Of a DNA stretch of 64,000 nt, positions 54,316-63,198 are shown one piece after another (the first letter of the stretch is position 1; each line of letters starts with the position of its first letter). The DNA is from Candidatus Dojkabacteria bacterium (GTDB taxonomy: Bacteria; Patescibacteriota; Dojkabacteria; B142; JAFGFJ01), in NCBI GenBank assembly GCA_016931155.1, contig JAFGFJ010000006.1, positions 314,896 through 378,895 on the forward strand, read 5' to 3'. The position numbers and the translations under genes were made by a program. The notes below the pieces were generated by a model. That model saw only the letters and a program-made list of their open reading frames with translations. It made no database searches and had not been told where the DNA came from.

Positions 54316-55538
54316 TAAGTAGACGGGTCACCGTTCTTTACGTATTTTAAGACCTTTCCGCAGATGTCACATCTCACCGGGTCGGGTCTGTCAGGGGTTG
54401 GTTGAGGTTCAAACCCCGGATTCAATATCGAGTTTACTCTTCCGAATGTGCTGAACTTTTCCGATATACCGCAGGCGCTCATCACATAACCTTCTTGTCT
54501 CATAAGTCTGGCTTGAGCATATCTATCCATTTTTTGAAAATCTGAGAAACCTCCATCTTGATCGTAATTAATCCCTGTTTCTAGCTTCATTACATCATGT
54601 ATATATTTTCTAAATCCGAACTGCAGGACTGCCATTGTTTCATTGATGAAGGAAAGTTCTTTAGAAATATTTTCCCCTTTATTCAATTTTGCGGCCGTCG
54701 CCGTAATCAATGTTCTAAATTCCTCCCTGACTCTTTCCCAAACAAACGTCTTTGCATAAGCCTCAATTAATCTAATTTTCATTTCTTCGAGACCTTTTGT
54801 TCTTTGTTCTATAAAATCGGTTATGATTCTGAGTTTGTTGTCATCAAAGAAGCCTGATGATGCCATTATGCTTAAATCTGAAAGATTATTGCTGTCTGTA
54901 TTAATTGCCAATTCATTCAGTAGTTCCTCATAATCAAGAGTCGAAGTTGCGGGTAGCCATTTTTGTATAACTTTCTCGGTACCATTTTCATTTATAAATA
55001 AAAAGATGGTGTCGTTCCCCAGATAACCTCTTTTTTTTGCTTCTTCGGTAAGTGGCGGGCTTGGGCTGAATTCTACAAAATTTCTTTTATCTCCCATCTG
55101 TCTTGCTCTTCTGAGTTTTTCATAATTGCTCAGATTTATTGTGTTTCTTAAGATTTCAAATTCAGGAATTTGCCCGCTCGCATTATTTATTGCTTCTCTA
55201 TAGATTTCGTCAAGTGTTCTGTTTCCTGTTGCGAGCTTCCACGGTAAATTGCTCTTATCCCAAGGGAGGCTGTATTCATATATTGCAGTAGTTTCTGCGA
55301 TGGGATGCTCAACGATCTGGGTGTATATGTCGGTAAGGCTTTCTGTCAATGCAATGTTCAACAATGCCTCCCTTTCCTCTCCTCCAGCAGATTGGATAGC
55401 TTTTAGAGCCTGAAGTACATAGTTTATTGAGTTTGAGTATCTGTTTGAATACTGCGCCCTGATAGAATCCATACTTAAATCTGCTTTATTGATCGCAAAT
55501 CTCGACGGTTGTATTTCCTGTATGGCTGTTTCGCTCAT
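54264..55538 (-). CDS. Hypothetical 424-aa protein with a C-terminal Cys cluster (zinc-ribbon-like)
   Basis: Long ORF with no family recognised. The C-terminus reads RCDICGKVLKYVKNGDPSTYDRNLKCCGKSYSC. Confidence 0.75.
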   Translation of the reverse strand: MSETAIQEIQPSRFAINKADLSMDSIRAQYSNRYSNSINYVLQALKAIQSAGGEEREALLNIALTESLTDIYTQIVEHPIAETTAIYEYSLPWDKSNLPWKLATGNRTLDEIYREAINNASGQIPEFEILRNTINLSNYEKLRRARQMGDKRNFVEFSPSPPLTEEAKKRGYLGNDTIFLFINENGTEKVIQKWLPATSTLDYEELLNELAINTDSNNLSDLSIMASSGFFDDNKLRIITDFIEQRTKGLEEMKIRLIEAYAKTFVWERVREEFRTLITATAAKLNKGENISKELSFINETMAVLQFGFRKYIHDVMKLETGINYDQDGGFSDFQKMDRYAQARLMRQEGYVMSACGISEKFSTFGRVNSILNPGFEPQPTPDRPDPVRCDICGKVLKYVKNGDPSTYDRNLKCCGKSYSCTET

Positions 55539-56149
55539 TTCATTTCAGAAACGAGCAGTGTTGAAGAATTAATTTTCATGGCTTTCTGCTCGGAAAGATA
55601 AAATAATCTTGGCTGGTTTTCTGGCTTTTCCAGTGATGGAATTACAGTTGCGGCACAGCAGCGGTATTTCACCGCTTTTCCCATTTAATCCCGAAAAGAG
55701 AACCTGAAATATACTAGAGTAAAAATTATAATTTTGCAAGAAGTGTAGGTCTGATGTATTTGATGTACAACTTCAAGACCTATGTAGCAACTGAGACTCT
55801 ACGGGCTGTACAGGTTCATGAACATATGCAACAGCCATAGTAGAATACGTTGATGTTTCAAATTATTAATGATTCAAACAAAACGGTTGTTGTATAACGA
55901 GTTTAATCTTTAATATGTTTCATCACACGATAGAGAAGGCGAGTAAAATCAGCTTATTTTTTTCATTAACTGTAGAGACTCTTACAGAGAGCCAAGGATA
56001 AACTAGATGCTTGTTATGTATTATATGTAAGACAAGCAAACTCTCAATGAAGGAAGTAGTAGAGACCACGGCTAAGTTTTGCTCATCATTATTGTTGATC
56101 TTTTGCCAAATGAATTGTACTCTGTATTAGTCAGATTCCTGCCCTAATT

Positions 56150-56605
56150 ATGCAAATAGTATATGCCTCAACATCAGGGAATGTTGAAGTTGTGGTTGAA
56201 AAAGTAAGTGAGGTCTTAACAGAGAAGGGTATAGTTAATCGACTGCACAGATCAGAGCAGACCTCGATTGATCTAATAAGAAATAACAGTCTTTTTGTTC
56301 TTGCTACTTCTACATGGGAACACGGTGAGATAAACCCGTTCTTCAATAAGCTTCTTGCAAAAATAAAAAAAGAGGATTTAAGTAGAAAAAATGCGGCTTT
56401 TATTGGGCTGGGTGATATGCGATATGAGCCAATACTTTTTAATCAGGGTATTAAAATTCTTAAAGATGTCTGGATGGATAAAGGAGGAGGAATTCTCCAT
56501 GAACTTCTCTTGATAAATGGAGAGCCTTACGGAATTCTGGATTCGAGGGTGAGTAAATGGGCACTTGGTTTAGCTGAAGATATTAGGAAAAATGACAAAC
56601 AATAG
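56150..56605 (+). CDS. Short-chain flavodoxin
   Basis: MQIVYASTSGNVEVV (flavodoxin FMN phosphate-binding signature). 151 aa. It overlaps the OFOR alpha gene by 14 nt. Confidence 0.85.
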   Translation: MQIVYASTSGNVEVVVEKVSEVLTEKGIVNRLHRSEQTSIDLIRNNSLFVLATSTWEHGEINPFFNKLLAKIKKEDLSRKNAAFIGLGDMRYEPILFNQGIKILKDVWMDKGGGILHELLLINGEPYGILDSRVSKWALGLAEDIRKNDKQ

Positions 56606-58334
56606 ATTAGTCATAAAAATATGCGGTAGCTCGGGACAGGGAATAAACTCTGTTGGGGAACTTACTGCAAAGGCTATCAAGAAGCTTGGTTACAAGCTCT
56701 TTGGCTACAGAGAGTACCCATCACTGATTAGAGGTGGGTTTGCAAGTTATCAGATAGATTTTTCGGATAATACTTTGAGATCATCTTCAAAAAAAAGCGA
56801 CGTGCTCATAAGTCTTGGACGTATTGCTACACATAAGTATTTGAAAGATTTAAATTCTTCAGGAATACTTATTCATTCTCTCAAAGGGATGAAATTCGAG
56901 CAGGATGAGGAGAAATTTATAAAAGAAAACAGAATAAAAGTAATTTTTCTTGATGCTTTTGATATGGCAGATAAGCTTGGAGGAAAAACAATAATTGCAA
57001 ACATCATTCTTTTCGGTTTAATGTGGAAAGTATTTGCGTTTCCAATTGAAGTTGTTGACGAAACTGTCAGGGAGGTTTTCGCTGGTAATCCAAAGTACAT
57101 CGAGCTTGATCTAAAAGCATTTGAGGCGGGATACAATTTCGATCTTTCCGGTGTAGAACAAATAAAAGTGCCATTTAAAAAAAATGAGAAGTGGAAGAAT
57201 TCCATGATTATAACCGGGAATGCGGCGGTAGCACTAGGTTCTATTTCAGCAGGAGTAAGAGCATATTATAGCTACCCAATGACACCTTCTTCATCTATTC
57301 TTTCATACCATGCGGACTTTTATAAAGATACAGGGGTTTTGGTTAAGCAAGCTGAAGATGAAATCACGGCAATTCAGATGGCTATAGGTAGTATGTTTAT
57401 GGGAACGCGGGCTCTTGTCGCCACTTCAGGAGGTGGTTTTGATCTCATGACGGAAACGATTTCTTTGTCTGGAATGACTGAAACTCCACTTGTATGTGTT
57501 ATAGGGCAACGACCAGGTCCAGCAACTGGTCTTCCTACCTGGACAGCAGATGGTGATCTAAATCTTGCAATTTATGCAGGGCATGGAGAATTTCCAAGAT
57601 GTGTTATTGCGGCAAGTGATCTGGAATCAGTTTATACGCTTACTCAAAGAGCTTTTGATATCGCTGAAAAATATCAGATACCTGTTCTGATGCTAACAGA
57701 TAAACAAATTGCTGAGGCTCTTTTCAATATTGACTCTTTTCCAAAAGACTCTGAAGTAAAGAGGTATCTGGTTGAGGGTGATGAATTGAAAAGATTAATT
57801 TCTTCTGACAGGTATAAGTTTGTGAATAATGGAATATCGAGCAGGTGGCTACCTGGATCATCGGAAGCAACTTTTGTAGCAAATGGTGATGAGCATATGG
57901 AAGATGGAAGTGTAAACGAAGAAGCAGTAAATGCAAAACAAATGATGGAAAAGAGAATGAAAAAGCTGGAAACTCTATATCAAGAACTACCCAGTCCGAT
58001 GCTTTATGGAGAGGAAACTGCTGATATTGTTTTTGTAGGATGGGGAAGTGCTAAGGCTGCAATTTTGGATGCTATGGATCAGTTGAAAAAGGCGAAGTCA
58101 AGTCAAAGTATATCCTACCTCCATTTTGACTATATTTATCCATTAAAAACAGAGGAAATTATGGATTTGTCAGAAAAAGCAAGGAAGGTTGTGCTTGTAG
58201 AAAATAATTATTCTGGACAATTGGGCAATTTAATTGTACAAAAAACTGGTTATAGATTTAATGAGCTACTTCTGAAGTACGATGGAAGACCGTTTTTTGT
58301 GGAGGATATATTAAATTATTTAAAGAAGCTATGA
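56592..58334 (+). CDS. 2-oxoacid:acceptor oxidoreductase, fused gamma/alpha subunit
   Basis: N-terminal gamma-type domain (IKICGSSGQGINSVGELTAKAI...REYPSLIRGG), then an alpha domain (GNAAVALGSISAGVRAYYSYPMTPSS). No ferredoxin-like delta domain. Confidence 0.88.
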   Translation: MTNNRLVIKICGSSGQGINSVGELTAKAIKKLGYKLFGYREYPSLIRGGFASYQIDFSDNTLRSSSKKSDVLISLGRIATHKYLKDLNSSGILIHSLKGMKFEQDEEKFIKENRIKVIFLDAFDMADKLGGKTIIANIILFGLMWKVFAFPIEVVDETVREVFAGNPKYIELDLKAFEAGYNFDLSGVEQIKVPFKKNEKWKNSMIITGNAAVALGSISAGVRAYYSYPMTPSSSILSYHADFYKDTGVLVKQAEDEITAIQMAIGSMFMGTRALVATSGGGFDLMTETISLSGMTETPLVCVIGQRPGPATGLPTWTADGDLNLAIYAGHGEFPRCVIAASDLESVYTLTQRAFDIAEKYQIPVLMLTDKQIAEALFNIDSFPKDSEVKRYLVEGDELKRLISSDRYKFVNNGISSRWLPGSSEATFVANGDEHMEDGSVNEEAVNAKQMMEKRMKKLETLYQELPSPMLYGEETADIVFVGWGSAKAAILDAMDQLKKAKSSQSISYLHFDYIYPLKTEEIMDLSEKARKVVLVENNYSGQLGNLIVQKTGYRFNELLLKYDGRPFFVEDILNYLKKL

Positions 58335-59212
58335 ATTGCAGTAAATGTATACAAATGTTTGATTATTATTCTGATAATATTTTTACCTGGTGCACCAACT
58401 GTGGTAACTACGGAATTTTTTCAGCAGTAAAGAGGGCACTTGTTGCGGAAGAAATCGATCCGAAGGATGCTCTTCTCTGTTTTGATATTGGTTGTAATGG
58501 AAATGGATCGGACAAAATAAGTGGGTACAGATTCCACGGACTTCATGGGAGAGTTCTACCGTTTGCTGCTGGTGCAAGTCTTGCAAATAGAAAAATTAAA
58601 GTCATTGCCTTCGGTGGAGATGGCGGTACTTTGAGTGAAGGTATTAATCATCTTGTACATTCTGTAAGATCAAATTATGATTTCACCTTTATTCTCCATA
58701 ACAACGAAAACTACGGATTAACAACTGGACAAGCGTCTCTGACAACGAGAAAGGGTAAACCAATGAATGCTGCTCCCGATGGGGTAGTAGTGGAACCAAT
58801 GAATGTTATGGAATTTATTTTAGGGCTAAAACCGTCCTTTGCAGCAAGAGCTTTCTCTGGAGATGTGAAGCATATGACCGAAATAATAAGAGCTGGAATT
58901 AAACACCGCGGGTTTTCTTTTATTGAGATTCTTCAAAATTGTACGACGTATAATGCAGAGACACCTCATGAATGGTATCAAGAGAGGGTTTATGATATTT
59001 CGAAATTAAAAGGATATAACAAAGCTGATTTGGAATCTGCGAAGGAAGTTTCGAAGGATCTGGAGGAAAATATTGCGACTGGTGTATTGTACGAAGATGA
59101 AGATAGTGTAGACTTTTATTCAAGGCTTGCTAACAGGAAAGGAACACAAACAGAGCTGGTTGATGAGGTGAAAAACTATGAAATAGGCAATTTTCTGTCG
59201 CGATTTAATTAG
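58331..59212 (+). CDS. 2-oxoacid:acceptor oxidoreductase, beta (TPP-binding) subunit
   Basis: WCTNCGNYGIFSAV, a GGDGG TPP-binding block, and NNENYGLTTGQ. ATGA overlap with the alpha subunit gene. Confidence 0.88.
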   Translation: MNCSKCIQMFDYYSDNIFTWCTNCGNYGIFSAVKRALVAEEIDPKDALLCFDIGCNGNGSDKISGYRFHGLHGRVLPFAAGASLANRKIKVIAFGGDGGTLSEGINHLVHSVRSNYDFTFILHNNENYGLTTGQASLTTRKGKPMNAAPDGVVVEPMNVMEFILGLKPSFAARAFSGDVKHMTEIIRAGIKHRGFSFIEILQNCTTYNAETPHEWYQERVYDISKLKGYNKADLESAKEVSKDLEENIATGVLYEDEDSVDFYSRLANRKGTQTELVDEVKNYEIGNFLSRFN

Positions 59213-59326
59213 GCAATTGTTTATTAAGCTAGTAGGAGACACGACCTTCTTCACACTGTTTTTCGACCATTGAGATTCTTTTGCATGGTCAGTTTATTGT
59301 TTAGGGAAGTACTTATCCAATTAAGC

Positions 59327-59410
59327 TTATCTATTCATTGAAGATTATCTGTTCATAAATATTTATCTACTCATGAAAGCTTGTTTACCACGAAAGCTTA
59401 TTTGCGCACA
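59327..59410. repeat. Tandem ~18-bp repeat array (TTATCTnyTCAT + 6 nt), 3 good and 2 degenerate units
   Basis: Units begin at 59327, 59345, 59363, 59381 and 59398: ttatctattcattgaaga / ttatctgttcataaatat / ttatctactcatgaaagc / ttgtttaccacgaaagc / ttatttgcgcac... The array lies in the convergent korB-acd spacer and runs into the acd stop codon. Confidence 0.8.
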
Positions 59411-61515
59411 AAGATTTTAATATCGACTGCAACACATCTTTCCTTTGTTATCATTGCTGGATTGATATCGATAGATTCAATTTCGGGATAAAGAAGAACA
59501 AGCTTTTGAACGGACTCAATTGTATCTATTAGCTTTTCGTAAGCTAAAGCTTGAAGCCCTCGTGTTCCCTTTACTACAGTTGAGATTTTTGTTTTATCTA
59601 TCATTTCCATTATTTGATTTCTGGACATCGGAACAAGTCCGGTTGATGTATCCTTATATACTTCTGTGTAAATACCTCCCTTGCCGAACAATACAATATG
59701 TCCAAATCCTTTACCATTATTATAAACAAGAGAATCGCCATCTCTGTTTGTGCCAATTATCAATTCTTCATCTGCCCTGATCTGTTCTTGAACCAGTATT
59801 ATAGGTGATTTATTGTTTGTAGCATTATAAATGTTCTTCTTGAGTTGAATGTAAGCTGATTGAAGCTCGTTTTCATTTGAAATGTTTAAAAATAGTGCTT
59901 TAAAGTCCGTTTTATGGCTGATATCTTCGGTTGAGGCTTTCAGCACAAGAGGATATCGAGTCTTATTTGCAAAAAGAATAGCTTCGTCAATATTTTTAAC
60001 AACTGCTTCTTTAGGTAAATCAAAATTCACCTCAGATGCAAGTTTTCTTACTAGATTCTCCGGTAGTGGTGTGGATTTATCTGAAAGATACTTCAAGATC
60101 TCGTTACTATATTTTGACTCACCTTTAAAAATACTGTCGCTGCTCGCAACTTTTAGTCTTGAAGAAATCAGTGAATAATCAGTCAGTTTTTTGAGAGCAT
60201 ATATTGCATTCTCCGGTGAGTCGAAAGAAGCGATCTTATTATTATAAAGTCTTTCCAAGCCCGCCTCAATATATCGTCCACCAATAAAGACTGGAATAAC
60301 TGGTTTCTCTCCAGTTAGGGAGAAATTTATCAACAGTTTAGCAGTTTCCTCTATTTGAGTGACAATTTGTGGTGAGAGAAGACAGATAATTGAGTCAATA
60401 TTTTGATCTTTAATGGCAATATTCAAGGCAGTATTGTATCTATCTGCCTGTGCATCTCCGATTATGTCTATTGGATTGTTGACACTAGCTGCAGCTGGAA
60501 GTGATTTTTTTAGTAATTTCCTTGACTTTTCTGTCGGTTCTGCAAGTTTTAACCCTGCCTTTACAATCTCATCTGTCATAATTATCCCCGGACCGCCAGC
60601 GTTTGTAATGATTGCTACTTTATCACCTTTAGTTTTCTTTGAGTACGAGAGTATCATAAGTGTGTTGAACATCTTTTCTATTCCATCAACCTGTATTATG
60701 CCGTACTGCTGGAGAGCAGTTCTTGTAATGATTGATGATCCTGCAAGTGAGCCGGTGTGTGATGAAATGGCTTTTTGTGCTTCCTGTGTTTCTCCTGGGT
60801 GAAGTACTACAACAGGCTTAAGGGAATTTTTTCTAATAAGCTCAAGGAGATCTCTTCCGTTCTCAAACTCTTCAATGTACATTCCGATGACTTTTATTCT
60901 ATCGTCTTTTAGCCAGTGTTCTAAAAAATCCAGCTCATTCAGGTCGGATTTGTTTCCTAGTGAAACAAAGTGCGAAAACCCGAGATTTTTTTTCATTGCA
61001 AGGTCAAGAAGGGCAGTGTTGAATGCCCCTGATTGTGAAACAAATGCAATATTCCCTTCCTCGATGTCTTGTGCTGCAAAGGTAGCATCAAGCTTATTCC
61101 TGGTTACAGCTATGCCCAAACAATTTGGACCCAGTATTCTAAGCCCATTTTTGCTGGCATAAGCAACTATCTTTTCTTCCAGTTTTTTCCCCTCTTTTCC
61201 AGTTTCACTGAATCCTGCTGAAATAATAATTGCGTATTTAACTTTTTTTTCAGCACAATCTTTTATTACGTCGAAAACGAATTGGGAAGGAATTACGATC
61301 ACAGCTACTTCAACAGCATCTGAGATACAGCCTACTTTTGGATAGCATTTGTTTCCAAAAATTTCCTTGTAATTTGGATTTACTGGATATACCCTGCCCT
61401 CATATCCTTCAGAGATTATATTGTTGTATATAATTGTTCCCAGTTTTGTTGTGTTATCAGAGACACCGATCACTGCGATAGATTTTGGATTAAATAGGCT
61501 GTCCAGATTTGTCAT
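59398..61515 (-). CDS. ADP-forming acetyl-CoA synthetase (acetate--CoA ligase, fused alpha/beta, NDP-forming family)
   Basis: A CoA-binding domain (FNPKSIAVIGVSDNTTKLG), a succinyl-CoA-synthetase-like ligase domain (GPNCLGI...SQSGA), and a C-terminal ATP-grasp domain. 705 aa. Confidence 0.88.
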   Translation of the reverse strand: MTNLDSLFNPKSIAVIGVSDNTTKLGTIIYNNIISEGYEGRVYPVNPNYKEIFGNKCYPKVGCISDAVEVAVIVIPSQFVFDVIKDCAEKKVKYAIIISAGFSETGKEGKKLEEKIVAYASKNGLRILGPNCLGIAVTRNKLDATFAAQDIEEGNIAFVSQSGAFNTALLDLAMKKNLGFSHFVSLGNKSDLNELDFLEHWLKDDRIKVIGMYIEEFENGRDLLELIRKNSLKPVVVLHPGETQEAQKAISSHTGSLAGSSIITRTALQQYGIIQVDGIEKMFNTLMILSYSKKTKGDKVAIITNAGGPGIIMTDEIVKAGLKLAEPTEKSRKLLKKSLPAAASVNNPIDIIGDAQADRYNTALNIAIKDQNIDSIICLLSPQIVTQIEETAKLLINFSLTGEKPVIPVFIGGRYIEAGLERLYNNKIASFDSPENAIYALKKLTDYSLISSRLKVASSDSIFKGESKYSNEILKYLSDKSTPLPENLVRKLASEVNFDLPKEAVVKNIDEAILFANKTRYPLVLKASTEDISHKTDFKALFLNISNENELQSAYIQLKKNIYNATNNKSPIILVQEQIRADEELIIGTNRDGDSLVYNNGKGFGHIVLFGKGGIYTEVYKDTSTGLVPMSRNQIMEMIDKTKISTVVKGTRGLQALAYEKLIDTIESVQKLVLLYPEIESIDINPAMITKERCVAVDIKIFVRK

Positions 61516-61760
61516 GTCAAAGTAATGGTTTATTAATGGAAACAGTTTAGCAGAATTCTATCAGTTTGAAACATTGTCTTGCTTTTCAGTTGTTGTCTTT
61601 AGAGGCTTGTAGTTGATATCTTATACTTTAGAAAAACCAGGCAGAAAAGAAAATTATGTATCCAAGCGAGCAATATCTTCATTTATAAATAATAAGTAAA
61701 AGTCGATTTATAAGGATACTACTTTGCTTCATGAGAATAATGGGGGTTAAGCTGGAACAT

Positions 61761-62942
61761 CTATTTTCCAATTTCAAAGTAATCCCTTTTCTCAAGTTTT
61801 TCAGGCATACATCTTTGATCAGATTTTTTTGAAGGAAGGTTGTGATCGTATTCGTAGCCTTTGCCATATCCCATGTCTTTCATAAGTTTTGTGGGTGCAT
61901 TTCTAATATGCATTGGGACAGGAAGATTCCCATATTTCAGAACGTCCTGTTTTGCTTTTTCAGCTGCTATATAAGAAATATTGTTCTTTGGAGATTTAGC
62001 CAGGTATTCTGCGAGTTGTACGAGTGCAGTATTGCATTCTGGAATACCAAGCTTTTGGCAGGTGTCGAATACAACGTTTGCAAGTAGTAGTGCATTTGGA
62101 TTTGCATTTCCTATGTCTTCGCTTGCAAATCTCAAGAGTCTTCTTGCAATGTATAGGGGATCTTCTCCTGCTTCGAGCATTCTAACTATCCAGTAGACTC
62201 CGGCTGTTGCATTACTGCTCCTCAAACTTTTATGTATTGCTGAGATTATATTGAAATGCTCATCTCCTTTTTTGTCGTAACGGAGAAATCTTTGAATAGA
62301 TTTTTCAATAACCTCTTTATTAATCTCTTTTTCTTTTGTAAGATTGGCAGAAATTTCAAGGCTGTTTAGGGCAAATCTCATATCTCCATTGCTCAGATCT
62401 GCGAGATAAGCCAATGTTGTTTTTTTCATTTTCCTCTTTAAAGTTTTTAGTCCTCTTTCCAGAGCAATAATAATGTTTTCAGGAGAGTGGCTATTGAATA
62501 CGAAAACTCTTGTTCTTGAGAGCAGAGGAGAGATGACTGTGAAGCTTGGGTTTTCAGTTGTTGCTCCTATCAGAATTATCTCTCCAGATTCAACAAAGGG
62601 AAGAAGTGCGTCCTGCTGTGCCTTGTTCCATCTATGAATTTCGTCGACGAAGAGAATAGTAAGTCTGCGGTAGTCTTTATTTGCCTTGGCAGTAGTAATG
62701 ACTTTTTTTAGGGTATCTTTCCCATCAATTACAGCTGAAATTCTAATGAAATCAGAGAAGACGGTTTTAGAAATAATTTCAGCAAGTGTGGTTTTTCCGC
62801 TTGCAGGTGGACCCCAGAAAATCATGCTTGGAATTTTTCCTGAGTCTATTAGTATACGTAAGGAACCGTCTTCTCCTGTGAGATGTTCCTGCCCAATAAA
62901 CTCTTCAAGTGTCTTTGGTCTGAGTTGTGATGCTAGTGGCAT
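61761..62942 (-). CDS. rarA: Replication-associated recombination protein A (RarA/MgsA AAA+ ATPase)
   Basis: LRPKTLEEFIGQEHL, Walker A GPPASGKTTLA, Walker B ILFVDEIHRWNKAQQD, and the C-terminal MgsA domain (GEDPLYIARRLLRFASEDIG). Confidence 0.9.
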   Translation of the reverse strand: MPLASQLRPKTLEEFIGQEHLTGEDGSLRILIDSGKIPSMIFWGPPASGKTTLAEIISKTVFSDFIRISAVIDGKDTLKKVITTAKANKDYRRLTILFVDEIHRWNKAQQDALLPFVESGEIILIGATTENPSFTVISPLLSRTRVFVFNSHSPENIIIALERGLKTLKRKMKKTTLAYLADLSNGDMRFALNSLEISANLTKEKEINKEVIEKSIQRFLRYDKKGDEHFNIISAIHKSLRSSNATAGVYWIVRMLEAGEDPLYIARRLLRFASEDIGNANPNALLLANVVFDTCQKLGIPECNTALVQLAEYLAKSPKNNISYIAAEKAKQDVLKYGNLPVPMHIRNAPTKLMKDMGYGKGYEYDHNLPSKKSDQRCMPEKLEKRDYFEIGK

Positions 62943-63153
62943 ATTGGCTTCGGTATAGTTACGGGTTATCTGATTCTATTTATAAATAAGCCAAAAGTCA
63001 ACACAAGCGTGTGGGAAAACAATGATATTTGCAGGTGTAGTTTTGGAGACTTCTCGCAAATGTGCGTATTGTGTGATAAAAAATCCTTTCCAAATATTTT
63101 TTACTAGAAATATTAGTATTAGATACTATCAGACAAATCATATTCAAGCCCTA

Positions 63154-63182
63154 TTGCCTATATATTAGTTATAGAGTATAAT
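63154..63182 (+). promoter_or_regulatory. Candidate sigma70-like promoter for the terminal partial ORF
   Basis: TTGCCT (63154-63159), 17-nt spacer, TATAAT (63177-63182). The ATG at 63199 follows. Confidence 0.4.
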
Positions 63183-63198
63183 TTTTGGGCAAACATTT

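Noticed and set aside
59294-59410. DnaA boxes or a replication origin, suggested by the repeated TTATC(T/C) motifs.
   Set aside because: The units differ from the TTATCCACA consensus at 2-3 positions in the critical 3' half. No dnaA/dnaN or AT-rich unwinding element is adjacent, and the location between the 3' ends of two metabolic genes is atypical for oriC.
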